Origin: Alphaproteobacteria bacterium
GTDB taxonomy: Bacteria; Pseudomonadota; Alphaproteobacteria; Rs-D84
NCBI GenBank assembly: GCA_024402765.1
Contig: JAKSTC010000004.1
Location: forward strand, 541-64,540
DNA length: 64,000 nt
Reading direction: 5' to 3'
This document shows positions 27,954 to 37,669 of the stretch, in pieces. Position numbers and translations under genes: made by a program. Position 1 is the first letter of the stretch, and every line of letters starts with the position of its first letter. The notes below the pieces were generated by a model. That model had not been told where the DNA came from. It saw only the letters and a program-made list of their open reading frames with translations, and did no database searches.

Positions 27954-28820
27954 TTATTCTGATAATTTCCGAACCAATTCATCCATTTGGATACGGGTTG
28001 CAAAACTTAAAACGATTTGCCCTGCCCCACCCTTGCGTTGAACGATTTTTACCGGCGTTTTTAACGATTTTTGAATTTTTGCTTCCATTGATTTTATTGT
28101 TTCATCGTCTATAAATTTTCCGGTCTTTTTAGTGTTTTTGCCGGTAAAATTTACTTTTTTTTGAACGTCAGAAACTGTCATTTTTTGTGACAATATTTCT
28201 TGTGCCATTTTTTCAGGGTTTTCGGCGGTTATAATTGTTCGTGCATGTGACGCAGAAAGTGTGCCATCAGATACCATCTTTTGGACACTTTCTGGTAATT
28301 GTGTTAGTCTGATGGAATTACGAATAAAACTGACTGATTTTCCAATAAGTTTTGAAATGTCTTCGACACCATATCCGCATTGTGACATAAGGTTTTTGTA
28401 ACCAGCTGCCTCTTCGATAGGGTTCAAGTTTTCACGTTGGACATTTTCTATTAACGCAATTTCCATTGCAGAATTATTGTCTAAATCTTTGACCAGTGCT
28501 GGTATTTCACTAAGTCCTGCCATTTTGGCGGCGCGATACCTGCGTTCGCCTGCAACGATTTCATACAGAAATGATTTTCCTTTAACAGAACGCAAAAGAA
28601 TTGGTTGCAGGACACCCTTTTCACGAATCGAATCGGATAATTCTTTTAATTTGTCATCATCAAATACTTTGCGGGGCTGATCAGAATTAGTGCCAATTTG
28701 AAATAGTGGTATTTGTTTCACAATCACCCTGTCGCCACCGGTTAATATTGATATGTCTGGGATGTTGCCCATTTCCTGGTTCAGGTCGGCCAAACCCCGC
28801 CCTAGTCCGAATTTTGACAT
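27954..28820 (-). CDS. parB: Chromosome partition protein ParB
   Basis: GLGRGL, QPR, GVLQPILLR, AGERRYRA, ENVQRENLNPIEEA. Confidence 0.96.
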   Translation of the reverse strand: MSKFGLGRGLADLNQEMGNIPDISILTGGDRVIVKQIPLFQIGTNSDQPRKVFDDDKLKELSDSIREKGVLQPILLRSVKGKSFLYEIVAGERRYRAAKMAGLSEIPALVKDLDNNSAMEIALIENVQRENLNPIEEAAGYKNLMSQCGYGVEDISKLIGKSVSFIRNSIRLTQLPESVQKMVSDGTLSASHARTIITAENPEKMAQEILSQKMTVSDVQKKVNFTGKNTKKTGKFIDDETIKSMEAKIQKSLKTPVKIVQRKGGAGQIVLSFATRIQMDELVRKLSE

Positions 28821-28821
28821 T

Positions 28822-29598
28822 TTATTTTCCTTCTTTTTCTATACGTTGAACGATTTCTGTTGCAACACACAAATAAGCCTGGGCACCAGGGGATTTAAAG
28901 TCATAAAATAATGCAGGTTTGCCATGACTGGGTGCCTCTGATATTCTGACATTGCGTGGAATAACAGTTGTAAAAACAATATCACCAAAAGTCTTTCGAA
29001 CATCGTCTTCGGCTTCTTTGGTTTGAGAATAACGTTTGTCATACATGGTGAGTAAGACACCCAATATTTTTATGTTTGGGTTCCATTTCTTTTGGACCTC
29101 TTTAATTGTCGTGGTTAATTGCTGTATTCCTTCAAGTGCAAAGAATTCGCATTGTAATGGTACAATAACACTGTCGGCGGCATTTAGTGCATTCAGGGTT
29201 AAATAACCCAACGCAGGCGGACAATCAATTAATATATAATCATAGTATTCAGAAATTATTGCCAATGCGTCACGCAAACGATATTCGCGATTATCCATGG
29301 CAAGTAAGTCAACCTCTGCCCCCGACAGGGCCAAACTTGACGGTAATAAATGCAGGTTTGGTATAGCGGTTGTTAAGATGTTGTCCGATATATTTGCCAT
29401 ACCCATAATTACACCGTACACGCTTTGTTGATGGCTTGCACGAACAAACCCAAGCCCCGTGCCGGCATTACCCTGGGGGTCCAGGTCAACTAATAATACC
29501 CGTTTTTTTATTGTTGCCAAAGATGTCGCGATATTTATCGCAGTTGTGGTTTTGCCCACCCCACCCTTTTGATTTGCAAATGCTATAATTTTTGTCAT
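28822..29598 (-). CDS. parA: Chromosome partition ATPase ParA/Soj
   Basis: NQKGGVGKTTT, DLDPQGNA, IDCPP, EAPSHGKP. True start MTKII. Confidence 0.96.
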   Translation of the reverse strand: MTKIIAFANQKGGVGKTTTAINIATSLATIKKRVLLVDLDPQGNAGTGLGFVRASHQQSVYGVIMGMANISDNILTTAIPNLHLLPSSLALSGAEVDLLAMDNREYRLRDALAIISEYYDYILIDCPPALGYLTLNALNAADSVIVPLQCEFFALEGIQQLTTTIKEVQKKWNPNIKILGVLLTMYDKRYSQTKEAEDDVRKTFGDIVFTTVIPRNVRISEAPSHGKPALFYDFKSPGAQAYLCVATEIVQRIEKEGK

Positions 29599-29664
29599 TT
29601 TTACCGGCCTTTCCTTATCTTTTTTAGTATAATTAATTTTAGGCGATTCGGTCAAGGTATATTT

Positions 29665-29854
29665 TGTTTTGTAAAAACTAAGCAAAATCAATATATTATT
29701 ATTTATTTCATATGAAATCAGATTTTTTGAACAAAAAAAGTCTGAAAAAATACCACAAAAAGGCCGGAAAAGCCGGCCAAAATGGTATGTTTTTTTGGTG
29801 TGTTTTGTAAAATATAGTAAAATCAATATGTTATTAAAAATTTCATATGAAATT
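29665..29854. repeat. Two ~54-bp direct repeats, each with an IHF consensus and the palindrome ATTTCATATGAAAT (candidate parS)
   Basis: Palindromes at 29705-29718 and 29840-29853; WATCAANNNNTTR at 29686 and 29821; 135-bp spacing. Confidence 0.75.
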
Positions 29855-30407
29855 ACCGGTCTTTTTGTATAATTATGATATAGCCATCGCCTGTTTTTGA
29901 TGGTATAAGTGTGTGTTTGAATTTGTATTTTGTTTTTGCGGTATCTATTTCCGATTCAATTTGCCGGCCTTTTAATAGAAAAAGCCGGGAATTTTTTGAA
30001 TGGGTGTAATCTAAAATTTTAATTAGTGGTGCAAAAGCACGTGCAGTAAAAACAATATTGTCATCAGACATTGTTTTTATGTAATCTTCCACACGACCAT
30101 TAAAAATAGTTAAATTTGGTAACTTTAACTCTTTTTTTACGGTGTTCAAAAATAGTGCCTTTTTGCCAATCGATTCGATACATGTAACATTCCATCCTAA
30201 TATTGCCAATACAATACCCGGAAAACCGGCACCACTGCCCAAATCAACAATGTTAACATCGGTTGGTAAAACATCCGCCAGTTGTGCCGAATCGGCAAAA
30301 TGGCGCGTTTCGATGTCGTTCAGTGTACTGGGTGCGACCAGGTTCATTTTTGCCGACCATTCAATCAATAATTGTTTGTATTTATCAAATTTATCTTTAT
30401 TATTCAT
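29853..30407 (-). CDS. rsmG: 16S rRNA m7G527 methyltransferase
   Basis: MNLV, RHFADS, VDLGSGAGFPG, TARAFA; upstream of parAB. Confidence 0.94.
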   Translation of the reverse strand: MNNKDKFDKYKQLLIEWSAKMNLVAPSTLNDIETRHFADSAQLADVLPTDVNIVDLGSGAGFPGIVLAILGWNVTCIESIGKKALFLNTVKKELKLPNLTIFNGRVEDYIKTMSDDNIVFTARAFAPLIKILDYTHSKNSRLFLLKGRQIESEIDTAKTKYKFKHTLIPSKTGDGYIIIIQKDR

Positions 30408-30433
30408 AATTCTTATTGTAACATACGAAAATC

Positions 30434-32038
30434 ATGAATAAAGCAAAAAAAATATTATTATATGTTTTTCTAGGGGTGACGCTTGTCGCACTAGGGTGGT
30501 GGTGTGAGAATAAATATAACACATCGTTGCCCGATAATAATTTGCCGACAACGCGTTATGGGGCTTTTTTGGCATCTCAGCATGCGGTTTATGTTAATGA
30601 TTTTGCTTCTGCGTCTGGGTTTTGTCAGGTGCTGACGGATGTTGAAAATTCTTCGGTTGAAAATTTACGGATTGTGGCCGATTTCTTAAATGGTAATTTG
30701 TCCGCAGATGTTTCTAAATTCCAAGATGACAAGACTATGCCGATGTCAATAATATATGATGTGTATTTGGCAAATAATGATAAATGGGGTGTGTTATATA
30801 ATCGTCATAAAAACAATTCTTCGGGTTTGTTTTCTGCGTTCAGAATTTGGCCCGGGATTGCGAGTAATCATAAAACAAATGTGTTAAAGTTTATTGAGAA
30901 TACGGAAACAAGTGATGACTGGAAGTCGTTTGTTCGTGGACAGATTTATTCTGAGTTAGGTGACAATAAAAAAGCATTGGAAAATTTTCAAAAAGTAAAC
31001 ATCAGTTTTTTAAATATAAACGATTATTTGTATTTAATGTCTTTCTATAGTCATTATGGATTTTCAGACCAGGCCGTCAAACTAAAACAAGACTTTGTGT
31101 CTATGCCTGGGGGGATGTATTTAACTGACTTTTCTGATGTTCCTGATTGGTCTGTGTATTCGGGGTATAAAAATCAGATGGCATTTAGTTTGTTGCAAAC
31201 CGTATCACATACCCATGTGATTTCTTATTCTGATTTGTATTTGGTTTTGTTGCGTTGCGCCCAAATAATTGCGCCAAACCAGAATGCAGATGTTTTAGGT
31301 TATTATCTGGGGTTGTTTATGTTTAATAATGGTGGCGATTTTAATAAATATTTTTCAAGCATTAAAAAATCTAGTCCTTTTTATCCATTTGCGTTAACCA
31401 AGGCAGCAGAGGCAAACAAAAACGTAAAGGACTTAGAAAATGTGTTACATGTTTATCCTGCATTTGTTCCCGCATTGCAACAGATTGTAAATCAGTATAT
31501 TGGGGCGGAAAATAAATCAGGGGCATTAAAGGTAATAAATCTTGCATTAAAGCAAGGTGGTTTAAACGATAAAACACGTGCATTTTTTACCAAAATGCGT
31601 GCGCATGTTTATTATGTTTTTGGTGATTATAAACGTGCACAATCTGATTTGCGATTCGTTTCGGATAGTATTGGTGTTGATGGTGATATATTAATGCTAC
31701 AGGCGAAAATATGGGCTGCACAAAAACGTGAAATTGAAACAGCGTATGAATATGCGATGAAGTTGGTTACAAAAAATCCAACAGATGTTTTTGCGTGGGA
31801 TGTTTTGGGGCGCGTTGTTTATGTGCGCGAAGGGGTAGATGCCGCATTGGAAATAGTGCAGGGTGTTGGTGCTATTGCAAATAATTGTTCAGCGTTGTTT
31901 GAAAATTTGGGGGATTTGTATAATGAAATAGGCGATATTGATTCTGCGCTTAATGCTTATGAGCGCGCGATAGATTTATCGTCTGATGGTATGGTTGTTG
32001 TTCCGAATATAGAAAAGAAAATAAGGAAATTAAAATGA
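30434..32038 (+). CDS. TPR-containing exported protein
   Basis: N-terminal TM helix, YGAFLA motif, C-terminal TPRs (ENLGDLY...AYERA). Confidence 0.8.
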   Translation: MNKAKKILLYVFLGVTLVALGWWCENKYNTSLPDNNLPTTRYGAFLASQHAVYVNDFASASGFCQVLTDVENSSVENLRIVADFLNGNLSADVSKFQDDKTMPMSIIYDVYLANNDKWGVLYNRHKNNSSGLFSAFRIWPGIASNHKTNVLKFIENTETSDDWKSFVRGQIYSELGDNKKALENFQKVNISFLNINDYLYLMSFYSHYGFSDQAVKLKQDFVSMPGGMYLTDFSDVPDWSVYSGYKNQMAFSLLQTVSHTHVISYSDLYLVLLRCAQIIAPNQNADVLGYYLGLFMFNNGGDFNKYFSSIKKSSPFYPFALTKAAEANKNVKDLENVLHVYPAFVPALQQIVNQYIGAENKSGALKVINLALKQGGLNDKTRAFFTKMRAHVYYVFGDYKRAQSDLRFVSDSIGVDGDILMLQAKIWAAQKREIETAYEYAMKLVTKNPTDVFAWDVLGRVVYVREGVDAALEIVQGVGAIANNCSALFENLGDLYNEIGDIDSALNAYERAIDLSSDGMVVVPNIEKKIRKLK

Positions 32039-32895
32039 AGGTTGGAATTATAGGGGCGGGTGCATGGGGCAGTGCATTGGGGACCATTGTCGCTGATAGT
32101 GGTAACGATGTTTTATTATGGTCTTTTTGTGGGGATTATAAAGATTTTGGTAAAACCTATGCTAATTTGCGTGTGACGTCCAATATGGCGTCTGTTGCGG
32201 ATACAGATGTATGGATATTGGTTACACCGGCATCGTTTTTTCGTGAAACATTACAGAATGCAAAAACATATTATAAAAACCAACCAATTATTATTTGCAC
32301 CAAAGGGGCAGAGGTTGTGTCTGGTTCCTGTATGTCTGAAATCGTGGCTGATGTTTTACCAGATGCGCAAAATGTTGGGGTTTTGTCAGGACCACAATTT
32401 GCGATCGAGGTGGCAAATGGTGTTCCCACAGGTTCGACAATTGCGGGCAATGATGTTGTCCAAGATTGTGCACACATTATATTTAAGAACTTATATTTAA
32501 GTGATAGCGATGATATCATTGGAACGCAATTGTGCGGTATTGGTAAAAATGCGGTCGCGCTAATTGCGGGGTATAACAGTGTTGTTGCACGTGGTGAAAA
32601 TGAACGTGCAATGATATTTACGCGGGCATGGTGCGAAGTGATCAAACTGGGGCTGGCAATGGGTGCGAAAATTGAAACATTTTCTGATTTATGTGGAATA
32701 GGGGATCTGTTTTTATCTGCGACATCCGTGACCAGTCGTAATTTTTCAGGTGGCATATCAATCGCGCATGGTGAAGATTTGAACGGCACGATTGAGGGGT
32801 TATATGCGCTATCCGCCCTGATTAAACGCGCAGAACAAAATGGTGTGGCAACACCAATATTATGTGAAATGCGTGATAGGATGCAAATAAAATAA
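32035..32895 (+). CDS. gpsA: NAD(P)H-dependent glycerol-3-phosphate dehydrogenase
   Basis: GAGAWGSAL, CTKG, LSGPQFA, KN, GIGDL, SRN. Confidence 0.92.
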   Translation: MKVGIIGAGAWGSALGTIVADSGNDVLLWSFCGDYKDFGKTYANLRVTSNMASVADTDVWILVTPASFFRETLQNAKTYYKNQPIIICTKGAEVVSGSCMSEIVADVLPDAQNVGVLSGPQFAIEVANGVPTGSTIAGNDVVQDCAHIIFKNLYLSDSDDIIGTQLCGIGKNAVALIAGYNSVVARGENERAMIFTRAWCEVIKLGLAMGAKIETFSDLCGIGDLFLSATSVTSRNFSGGISIAHGEDLNGTIEGLYALSALIKRAEQNGVATPILCEMRDRMQIK

Positions 32896-32901
32896 CATTT
32901 G

Positions 32902-32925
32902 AACCGCCCGATTTGGGCGGTTTTT
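32902..32925 (+). terminator. Terminator after gpsA
   Basis: aaccgccc-gattt-gggcggtt followed by T tract. Confidence 0.8.
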
Positions 32926-32977
32926 AAGTGCAAAAAATTCTGGACATAAATTATCAAAATGTTGTAAAATAGTTCTT

Positions 32978-33220
32978 GTCATAGCAGGTTGTTATGATGG
33001 GGTGTCGAAACCCGTTAAGTCGTGTCTGAAATGGACGTAAAAAAATCTCCAACTAAATTGGGTTGGAGGGTTGCCGAATATAAAGAATAAGGCACACAAT
33101 TTCGACTTAAATTGTTTCGAACCTCCAACCACTCGACATATATCGGTGGTTTTTTGGTGGCGTATTTCCACGCATTTATACGCCACCACCAAGGATTAAA
33201 ACCGGGGGGACGAAAGGAAA
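32978..33220 (+). ncRNA. Structured cis-leader RNA, copy A (C4/CI antisense-like)
   Basis: Hairpin 32978-32998; target tcgaaac/ttaagtcg at 33005-33022; outer stem 33061-33069/33122-33130 enclosing two hairpins; terminator-like hairpin plus T tract. Homologous to 39017-39289 with compensatory changes. Confidence 0.75.
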
Positions 33221-33883
33221 ATGAAACGATTGTTTTTGATTTTGTGTTTAATAATAATATGCAATACATCATACGCAGATATTGCATCAGTGGGCTATGT
33301 GGATAGCGTTGTTGCGCCTATACAGGATAGTATTTCAAACATTGATTCAATAAAACAGGATAAATTACCGAATCCACCCAATAATAATGGAATATATAAA
33401 CTGGTTTGGAACGGCAATACTGGACAAATTGTGTGGGAATTTGAACAATATTCATTAACCTGTACACCCAACACATACGACATCGGGTTTAGTCAGTGCA
33501 TAGACCCGACTATACAAGGGTCGGATTTTGGTTTTATAGACCACAATGGCTCAAGTAATAAAGCAAGTGGCTATGGCTTAACAGAAAACGGGACATGGGG
33601 TACAACATTATATACAGGTGATAAAGTAACGGGTATAGCGTCATGTAATAGCACAAAAGGTACTATAAGGGGTGAATATACCATTACAGAATTTAGTCAA
33701 AGTGATACCGGCATATACTGTTGGTGTAAAATGACGGAACCGGCTGTGTCACGTTGGGTGTTTGAAGGTATTCGCGATGATGAAATATATTGTGCTAGCA
33801 TTTGTGCGGACGCATGCGGTACCTATGTTATGGACAAAACCAATAATATGCGTTTTGGTATATTTGGTTCGATCGGTAATTGA
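33221..33883 (+). CDS. Secreted Cys-rich protein of unknown function
   Basis: Signal peptide; IASVGYVD..KQDKL stalk; C-terminal GIASCNST...YCWCKM...SRWVF...CASICADAC. Confidence 0.85.
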   Translation: MKRLFLILCLIIICNTSYADIASVGYVDSVVAPIQDSISNIDSIKQDKLPNPPNNNGIYKLVWNGNTGQIVWEFEQYSLTCTPNTYDIGFSQCIDPTIQGSDFGFIDHNGSSNKASGYGLTENGTWGTTLYTGDKVTGIASCNSTKGTIRGEYTITEFSQSDTGIYCWCKMTEPAVSRWVFEGIRDDEIYCASICADACGTYVMDKTNNMRFGIFGSIGN

Positions 33884-33930
33884 TGGTTTAATTGCGACGG
33901 AGCAAAGCGGAGACGGATTCTTTCGTTCGC

Positions 33931-33957
33931 CACCGCCCGATTGGGCGGTGTGTTTTT
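33931..33957 (+). terminator. Terminator after the Cys-rich gene
   Basis: caccgccc-gatt-gggcggtg-tgttttt; near copy of the hairpin at 32903-32921. Confidence 0.7.
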
Positions 33958-34073
33958 GTAAAAAAATAATAATTTGCCATTCAGAACGCGTAAAAGCAAA
34001 AATATAATTGTTTTTTATTGCTTTTGGGACATCCATATTGTATGTTAAAAAACATATAATAAAGGGTGTTGTT

Positions 34074-34268
34074 ATGGACGAAAAAAAGTTAACTTTCGAA
34101 GAAGCGTATAAGCAATTAACCGAATTAGTTAAAAAAATGGAATCGGGCGAATTGGCGCTGGCTGACTCTGTTGCTGCCTATGAACAGGGCATAAAGTTAA
34201 AGGCATACTGTGAACAATTATTAAAAGAAGCCGAATTAAAAATCGAAACCCTAAAAGTCAGTGAATAA
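34074..34268 (+). CDS. xseB: Exodeoxyribonuclease VII small subunit
   Basis: LTFEEAYKQL..LVKKMESGELALADSVAAYEQG.KL...C...LKEAE. Confidence 0.93.
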   Translation: MDEKKLTFEEAYKQLTELVKKMESGELALADSVAAYEQGIKLKAYCEQLLKEAELKIETLKVSE

Positions 34269-34269
34269 T

Positions 34270-36783
34270 ATGGACAATAAATCTAAATTAACGCCGGTGA
34301 TGCAACAGTATGTTGATATGAAGGCGGAAAATCCCGACGCTTTGTTGCTGTTCCGTTTAGGTGATTTTTATGAGGCGTTTTTTGACGATGCACGCACCAT
34401 TAGTGCGAATCTGGGGCTGGTTTTGACACATCGTGGCTCGGATTCTGATGGTGAAAATATACCAATGTGTGGTATTCCATGGCATGCCGCAGATAATTAT
34501 TTCGGGCGCCTGGTGCGTGGTGGGTTTAAGGTTGCACTTGTGGAACAAATGGAAACACCAGAGGAGGCAAAAAAGCGTGGTCATAAATTTATAGACAGAA
34601 AGATTATTCGCGTTTTAACACCCGGCACACTTAATGATGAAAATCTGTTAACACCAAAAAATTCTAATTTCTTGGTTGCGGTAATGCCATTGTCAAATGG
34701 CGCATTTGATATTGCAGGTTGTGATATTTCAACGGGCGAATTTTTTATTGGTAAAACATCCGACTTAATTGACGACCTGACCCGTGTTTGTCCGGCAGAG
34801 GTTATATATCCTTTTTCAGATGCAGAAAACGAAACAATTATGCATATTCGCGATGCGTTCAAAACAACCGCGGTATATGAAAAGTTATATATTCGTTCAG
34901 ATATCGATCAAATTGTTGCGCGTGTTTTTGGCGGAAATGTTAATGCACAAAATCCAGATAATGCGATATCACTATTGGCAGGATATTTGTTTAATACGCA
35001 ACGCGATGCATCTGTTACTTTTCGTGCACCACACGCGTTTAAGTCGGGGGAACAGTTGTTGGTTGATTCTGCGACATGGCGCAGTTTGGAAATAGATGCG
35101 CCAATAAACGATGGTGGAACATGCCTGTTAAATGTGCTGGATAGGACAAAAACAGCGGCGGGTGGTCGTAAATTGCGCGCATATTTGCGCATGCTATCGG
35201 GTGATATAGATGAAATTAAGCATCGCCAGGAAAATGTTTCGCATATGGTTTTAAATCCGTCTGTGCGTGCGTCTGTGGGTGAAACATTGGGTAAAATGCC
35301 GGATGTTGGGCGGTGTTTGTCGCGTCTGTTGTGTGGTCGTGGTTCGCCACGCGATTTGGCAAATGTTCGTGATTTTATGACATACCTGCCGTCTGTTGTT
35401 GTGTTGTCTGAAAAATTAAATTCAGGGTTGGCGTCTAAATTGGCGAATATAGATACACATAATGCGATTGCTGCAAAATTACATAACGCATTGTCTGACG
35501 ATTTGCCGACATTTTTCCGCGATGGTAATGTGATTCGTGATGGGTTTCATGCGGGACTTGATAATATGCGCAGTTTGTCCCACGGGGGCCAGGAAACAGT
35601 TGCGGCACTGCAGTCTGAATATGCAACCGCCACAGATATTCATACGCTGAAAATAAAATACAATAATATATTGGGATATTTTATAGAGGTGCCCACCGCC
35701 AAAGCCGATATTTTAATGCGCCCTGAATCAGGTTTTATACACCGTCAAACGATGGCGGGGAATATGCGCTTTACAACACCGCGCTTGATTGATTTGGATA
35801 ATGATATTCGCAGTGCTTCGGAAAAGTCTGCGGGTATAGAGGCAGAGATTATTGCAGAACTTATAAACGATATTCGGGCTATTTCTGACGATTTATTAAA
35901 TACGGCGGACACATTGGCTGATTTAGATGTTTGGTATGCATTGGCGTTATGCGCCGATGAATATAATTGGGTCAAACCAGAAATTACATCTGATTGTGCA
36001 TTTGATATTGTTGGCGGCAGGCATCCGGTTATTGAATTTGTTCTGCGTTCGCATTGTCAGAATTTCGTTAAAAACGATTGCAATTTGAATACGCAACCGA
36101 TTGCATTGTTGACGGGGCCGAATATGGCAGGTAAGTCAACATACCTGCGCCAGAATGCATTGATTGTTGTTTTAGCACACATGGGGTCTTTTGTGCCGGC
36201 AACATCGGCAAAAATTGGGTTGTGCGATCAGTTGTTTAGTCGCGTTGGTGCGTCAGACAATTTGGCGGCAGGTCAATCAACATTTATGGTGGAAATGGCA
36301 GAAACGGCAAACATTCTGCGCCGTGCAACAAATCGGTCATTTATTATATTTGATGAAATAGGGCGGGGCACCGCAACATATGACGGTATGGCAATTGCCC
36401 AGGCGGTCCTGGAATACTTGAACACGATGGCACCACGAACATTGTTTGCAACGCATTATCATGAATTGACATCTTTGGTGGGTGATGGGGGATTGCAAAA
36501 TGTATCTTGCCTGACCATAGATGTGCGTGAACATAATAACGAAATAATCTTTATGCATAAAATTGTGCCGGGGGTTGCGAATCGTTCGTATGGAATACAT
36601 GTTGCGCGTATGGCGGGCATGCCACAATCGGTTGTGGAACGCGCAGAAACTGTCCTAGAATCACTAGAGGGGGACCGGGCAGAACCGATTGAAAAAATAC
36701 AGCCCCAGACTGCACCAACAAAACCATTGTCGGTTAAATCGCCCAAGACATCAACAGACCAATTATCTTTATTTGGGGAATAA
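34270..36783 (+). CDS. mutS: DNA mismatch repair protein MutS
   Basis: TPVMQQY, FRLGDFYEAF, TGPNMAGKSTYLRQ, DEIGRGT, FATHYHELT. Confidence 0.98.
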   Translation: MDNKSKLTPVMQQYVDMKAENPDALLLFRLGDFYEAFFDDARTISANLGLVLTHRGSDSDGENIPMCGIPWHAADNYFGRLVRGGFKVALVEQMETPEEAKKRGHKFIDRKIIRVLTPGTLNDENLLTPKNSNFLVAVMPLSNGAFDIAGCDISTGEFFIGKTSDLIDDLTRVCPAEVIYPFSDAENETIMHIRDAFKTTAVYEKLYIRSDIDQIVARVFGGNVNAQNPDNAISLLAGYLFNTQRDASVTFRAPHAFKSGEQLLVDSATWRSLEIDAPINDGGTCLLNVLDRTKTAAGGRKLRAYLRMLSGDIDEIKHRQENVSHMVLNPSVRASVGETLGKMPDVGRCLSRLLCGRGSPRDLANVRDFMTYLPSVVVLSEKLNSGLASKLANIDTHNAIAAKLHNALSDDLPTFFRDGNVIRDGFHAGLDNMRSLSHGGQETVAALQSEYATATDIHTLKIKYNNILGYFIEVPTAKADILMRPESGFIHRQTMAGNMRFTTPRLIDLDNDIRSASEKSAGIEAEIIAELINDIRAISDDLLNTADTLADLDVWYALALCADEYNWVKPEITSDCAFDIVGGRHPVIEFVLRSHCQNFVKNDCNLNTQPIALLTGPNMAGKSTYLRQNALIVVLAHMGSFVPATSAKIGLCDQLFSRVGASDNLAAGQSTFMVEMAETANILRRATNRSFIIFDEIGRGTATYDGMAIAQAVLEYLNTMAPRTLFATHYHELTSLVGDGGLQNVSCLTIDVREHNNEIIFMHKIVPGVANRSYGIHVARMAGMPQSVVERAETVLESLEGDRAEPIEKIQPQTAPTKPLSVKSPKTSTDQLSLFGE

Positions 36784-36788
36784 GTTAT

Positions 36789-37658
36789 ATGGACGGCTGG
36801 ATAATCTTGGACAAAGATAGTGGTTTATTTAGTCGCACCGCTTCATCGCGTGTTGCGCGCCTGTTTGGAATAAAAAAGTCCGGTCATATAGGAACATTGG
36901 ACCCGATGGCAACGGGTGTTTTGCCGATTGCGCTGGGCGGTGCAACGAAAATGATACCGTTCATAGAAGAATTATCAGACGGTAATAAAGAATACTTGTT
37001 TTCGGTTCAGTTTGGTTTTTTGACGGATACATTGGACATAACCGGAAATATCACAGATAAAAACGATGTTGTGCCAAATGATGATGAAATAAAATCTGTA
37101 CTGGGTAAATATATTGGCGGGTATTCTCAGGTGCCACCACAGTATTCATCGATTCATGTTAATGGCGCGCACGCGTATAGTTTGGCGCGCGCGGGCAAAA
37201 ACGCAGACTTAAAACCCCGCAAAATTTTAATTCACGAACTGGAATACCTGGGGCGGCGCGGTAATTCGTGGCATTTTCGCGTTGTGTGTGGGCGCGGAAC
37301 ATATGTGCGTGCACTCGCGCGGGATATTGGGGCGGATATGGGCGCATTTGCCACCGTTGATATGATACGGCGCACGCATACAAACGGCTTTGATATAAAA
37401 AATGCCGTCAAACTTGATTTTTTGGAAAAAGTGTTTAATAATAATGGGGCATTGGATAAATATCTGATGCCGGTGGATTACGGACTGGGGGACATTCCGG
37501 TTTGTAATTTGTCGGATAAGGACGCTGTTTTATATAAAAATGGTGGCTTTATAGAAATGGTGGCGCATGATTCCCGTGTTCGTGTTTATAATAACGGCGA
37601 ATTTATCGGAATCGGTGTCATAAATGAAAACAAATTGCGCCCTGTGCGCACAATATAA
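36789..37658 (+). CDS. truB: tRNA pseudouridine(55) synthase
   Basis: [32 protein letters not shown]. Confidence 0.95.
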   Translation: MDGWIILDKDSGLFSRTASSRVARLFGIKKSGHIGTLDPMATGVLPIALGGATKMIPFIEELSDGNKEYLFSVQFGFLTDTLDITGNITDKNDVVPNDDEIKSVLGKYIGGYSQVPPQYSSIHVNGAHAYSLARAGKNADLKPRKILIHELEYLGRRGNSWHFRVVCGRGTYVRALARDIGADMGAFATVDMIRRTHTNGFDIKNAVKLDFLEKVFNNNGALDKYLMPVDYGLGDIPVCNLSDKDAVLYKNGGFIEMVAHDSRVRVYNNGEFIGIGVINENKLRPVRTI

Positions 37659-37669
37659 AGGAACATAAA

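Noticed and set aside
29599-29852. oriC in the rsmG-parA spacer, and the 76-aa N-terminal extension of ParA
   Set aside because: No clear TTATCCACA DnaA-box cluster was seen and skew cannot be judged by eye. The extension is an artefact of AT-rich spacer sequence.
32978-33220. Known metabolite riboswitch or T-box
   Set aside because: No recognisable TPP, SAM, FMN, cobalamin, c-di-GMP or T-box consensus. Loop sequences vary between copies instead of being invariant as ligand pockets are.
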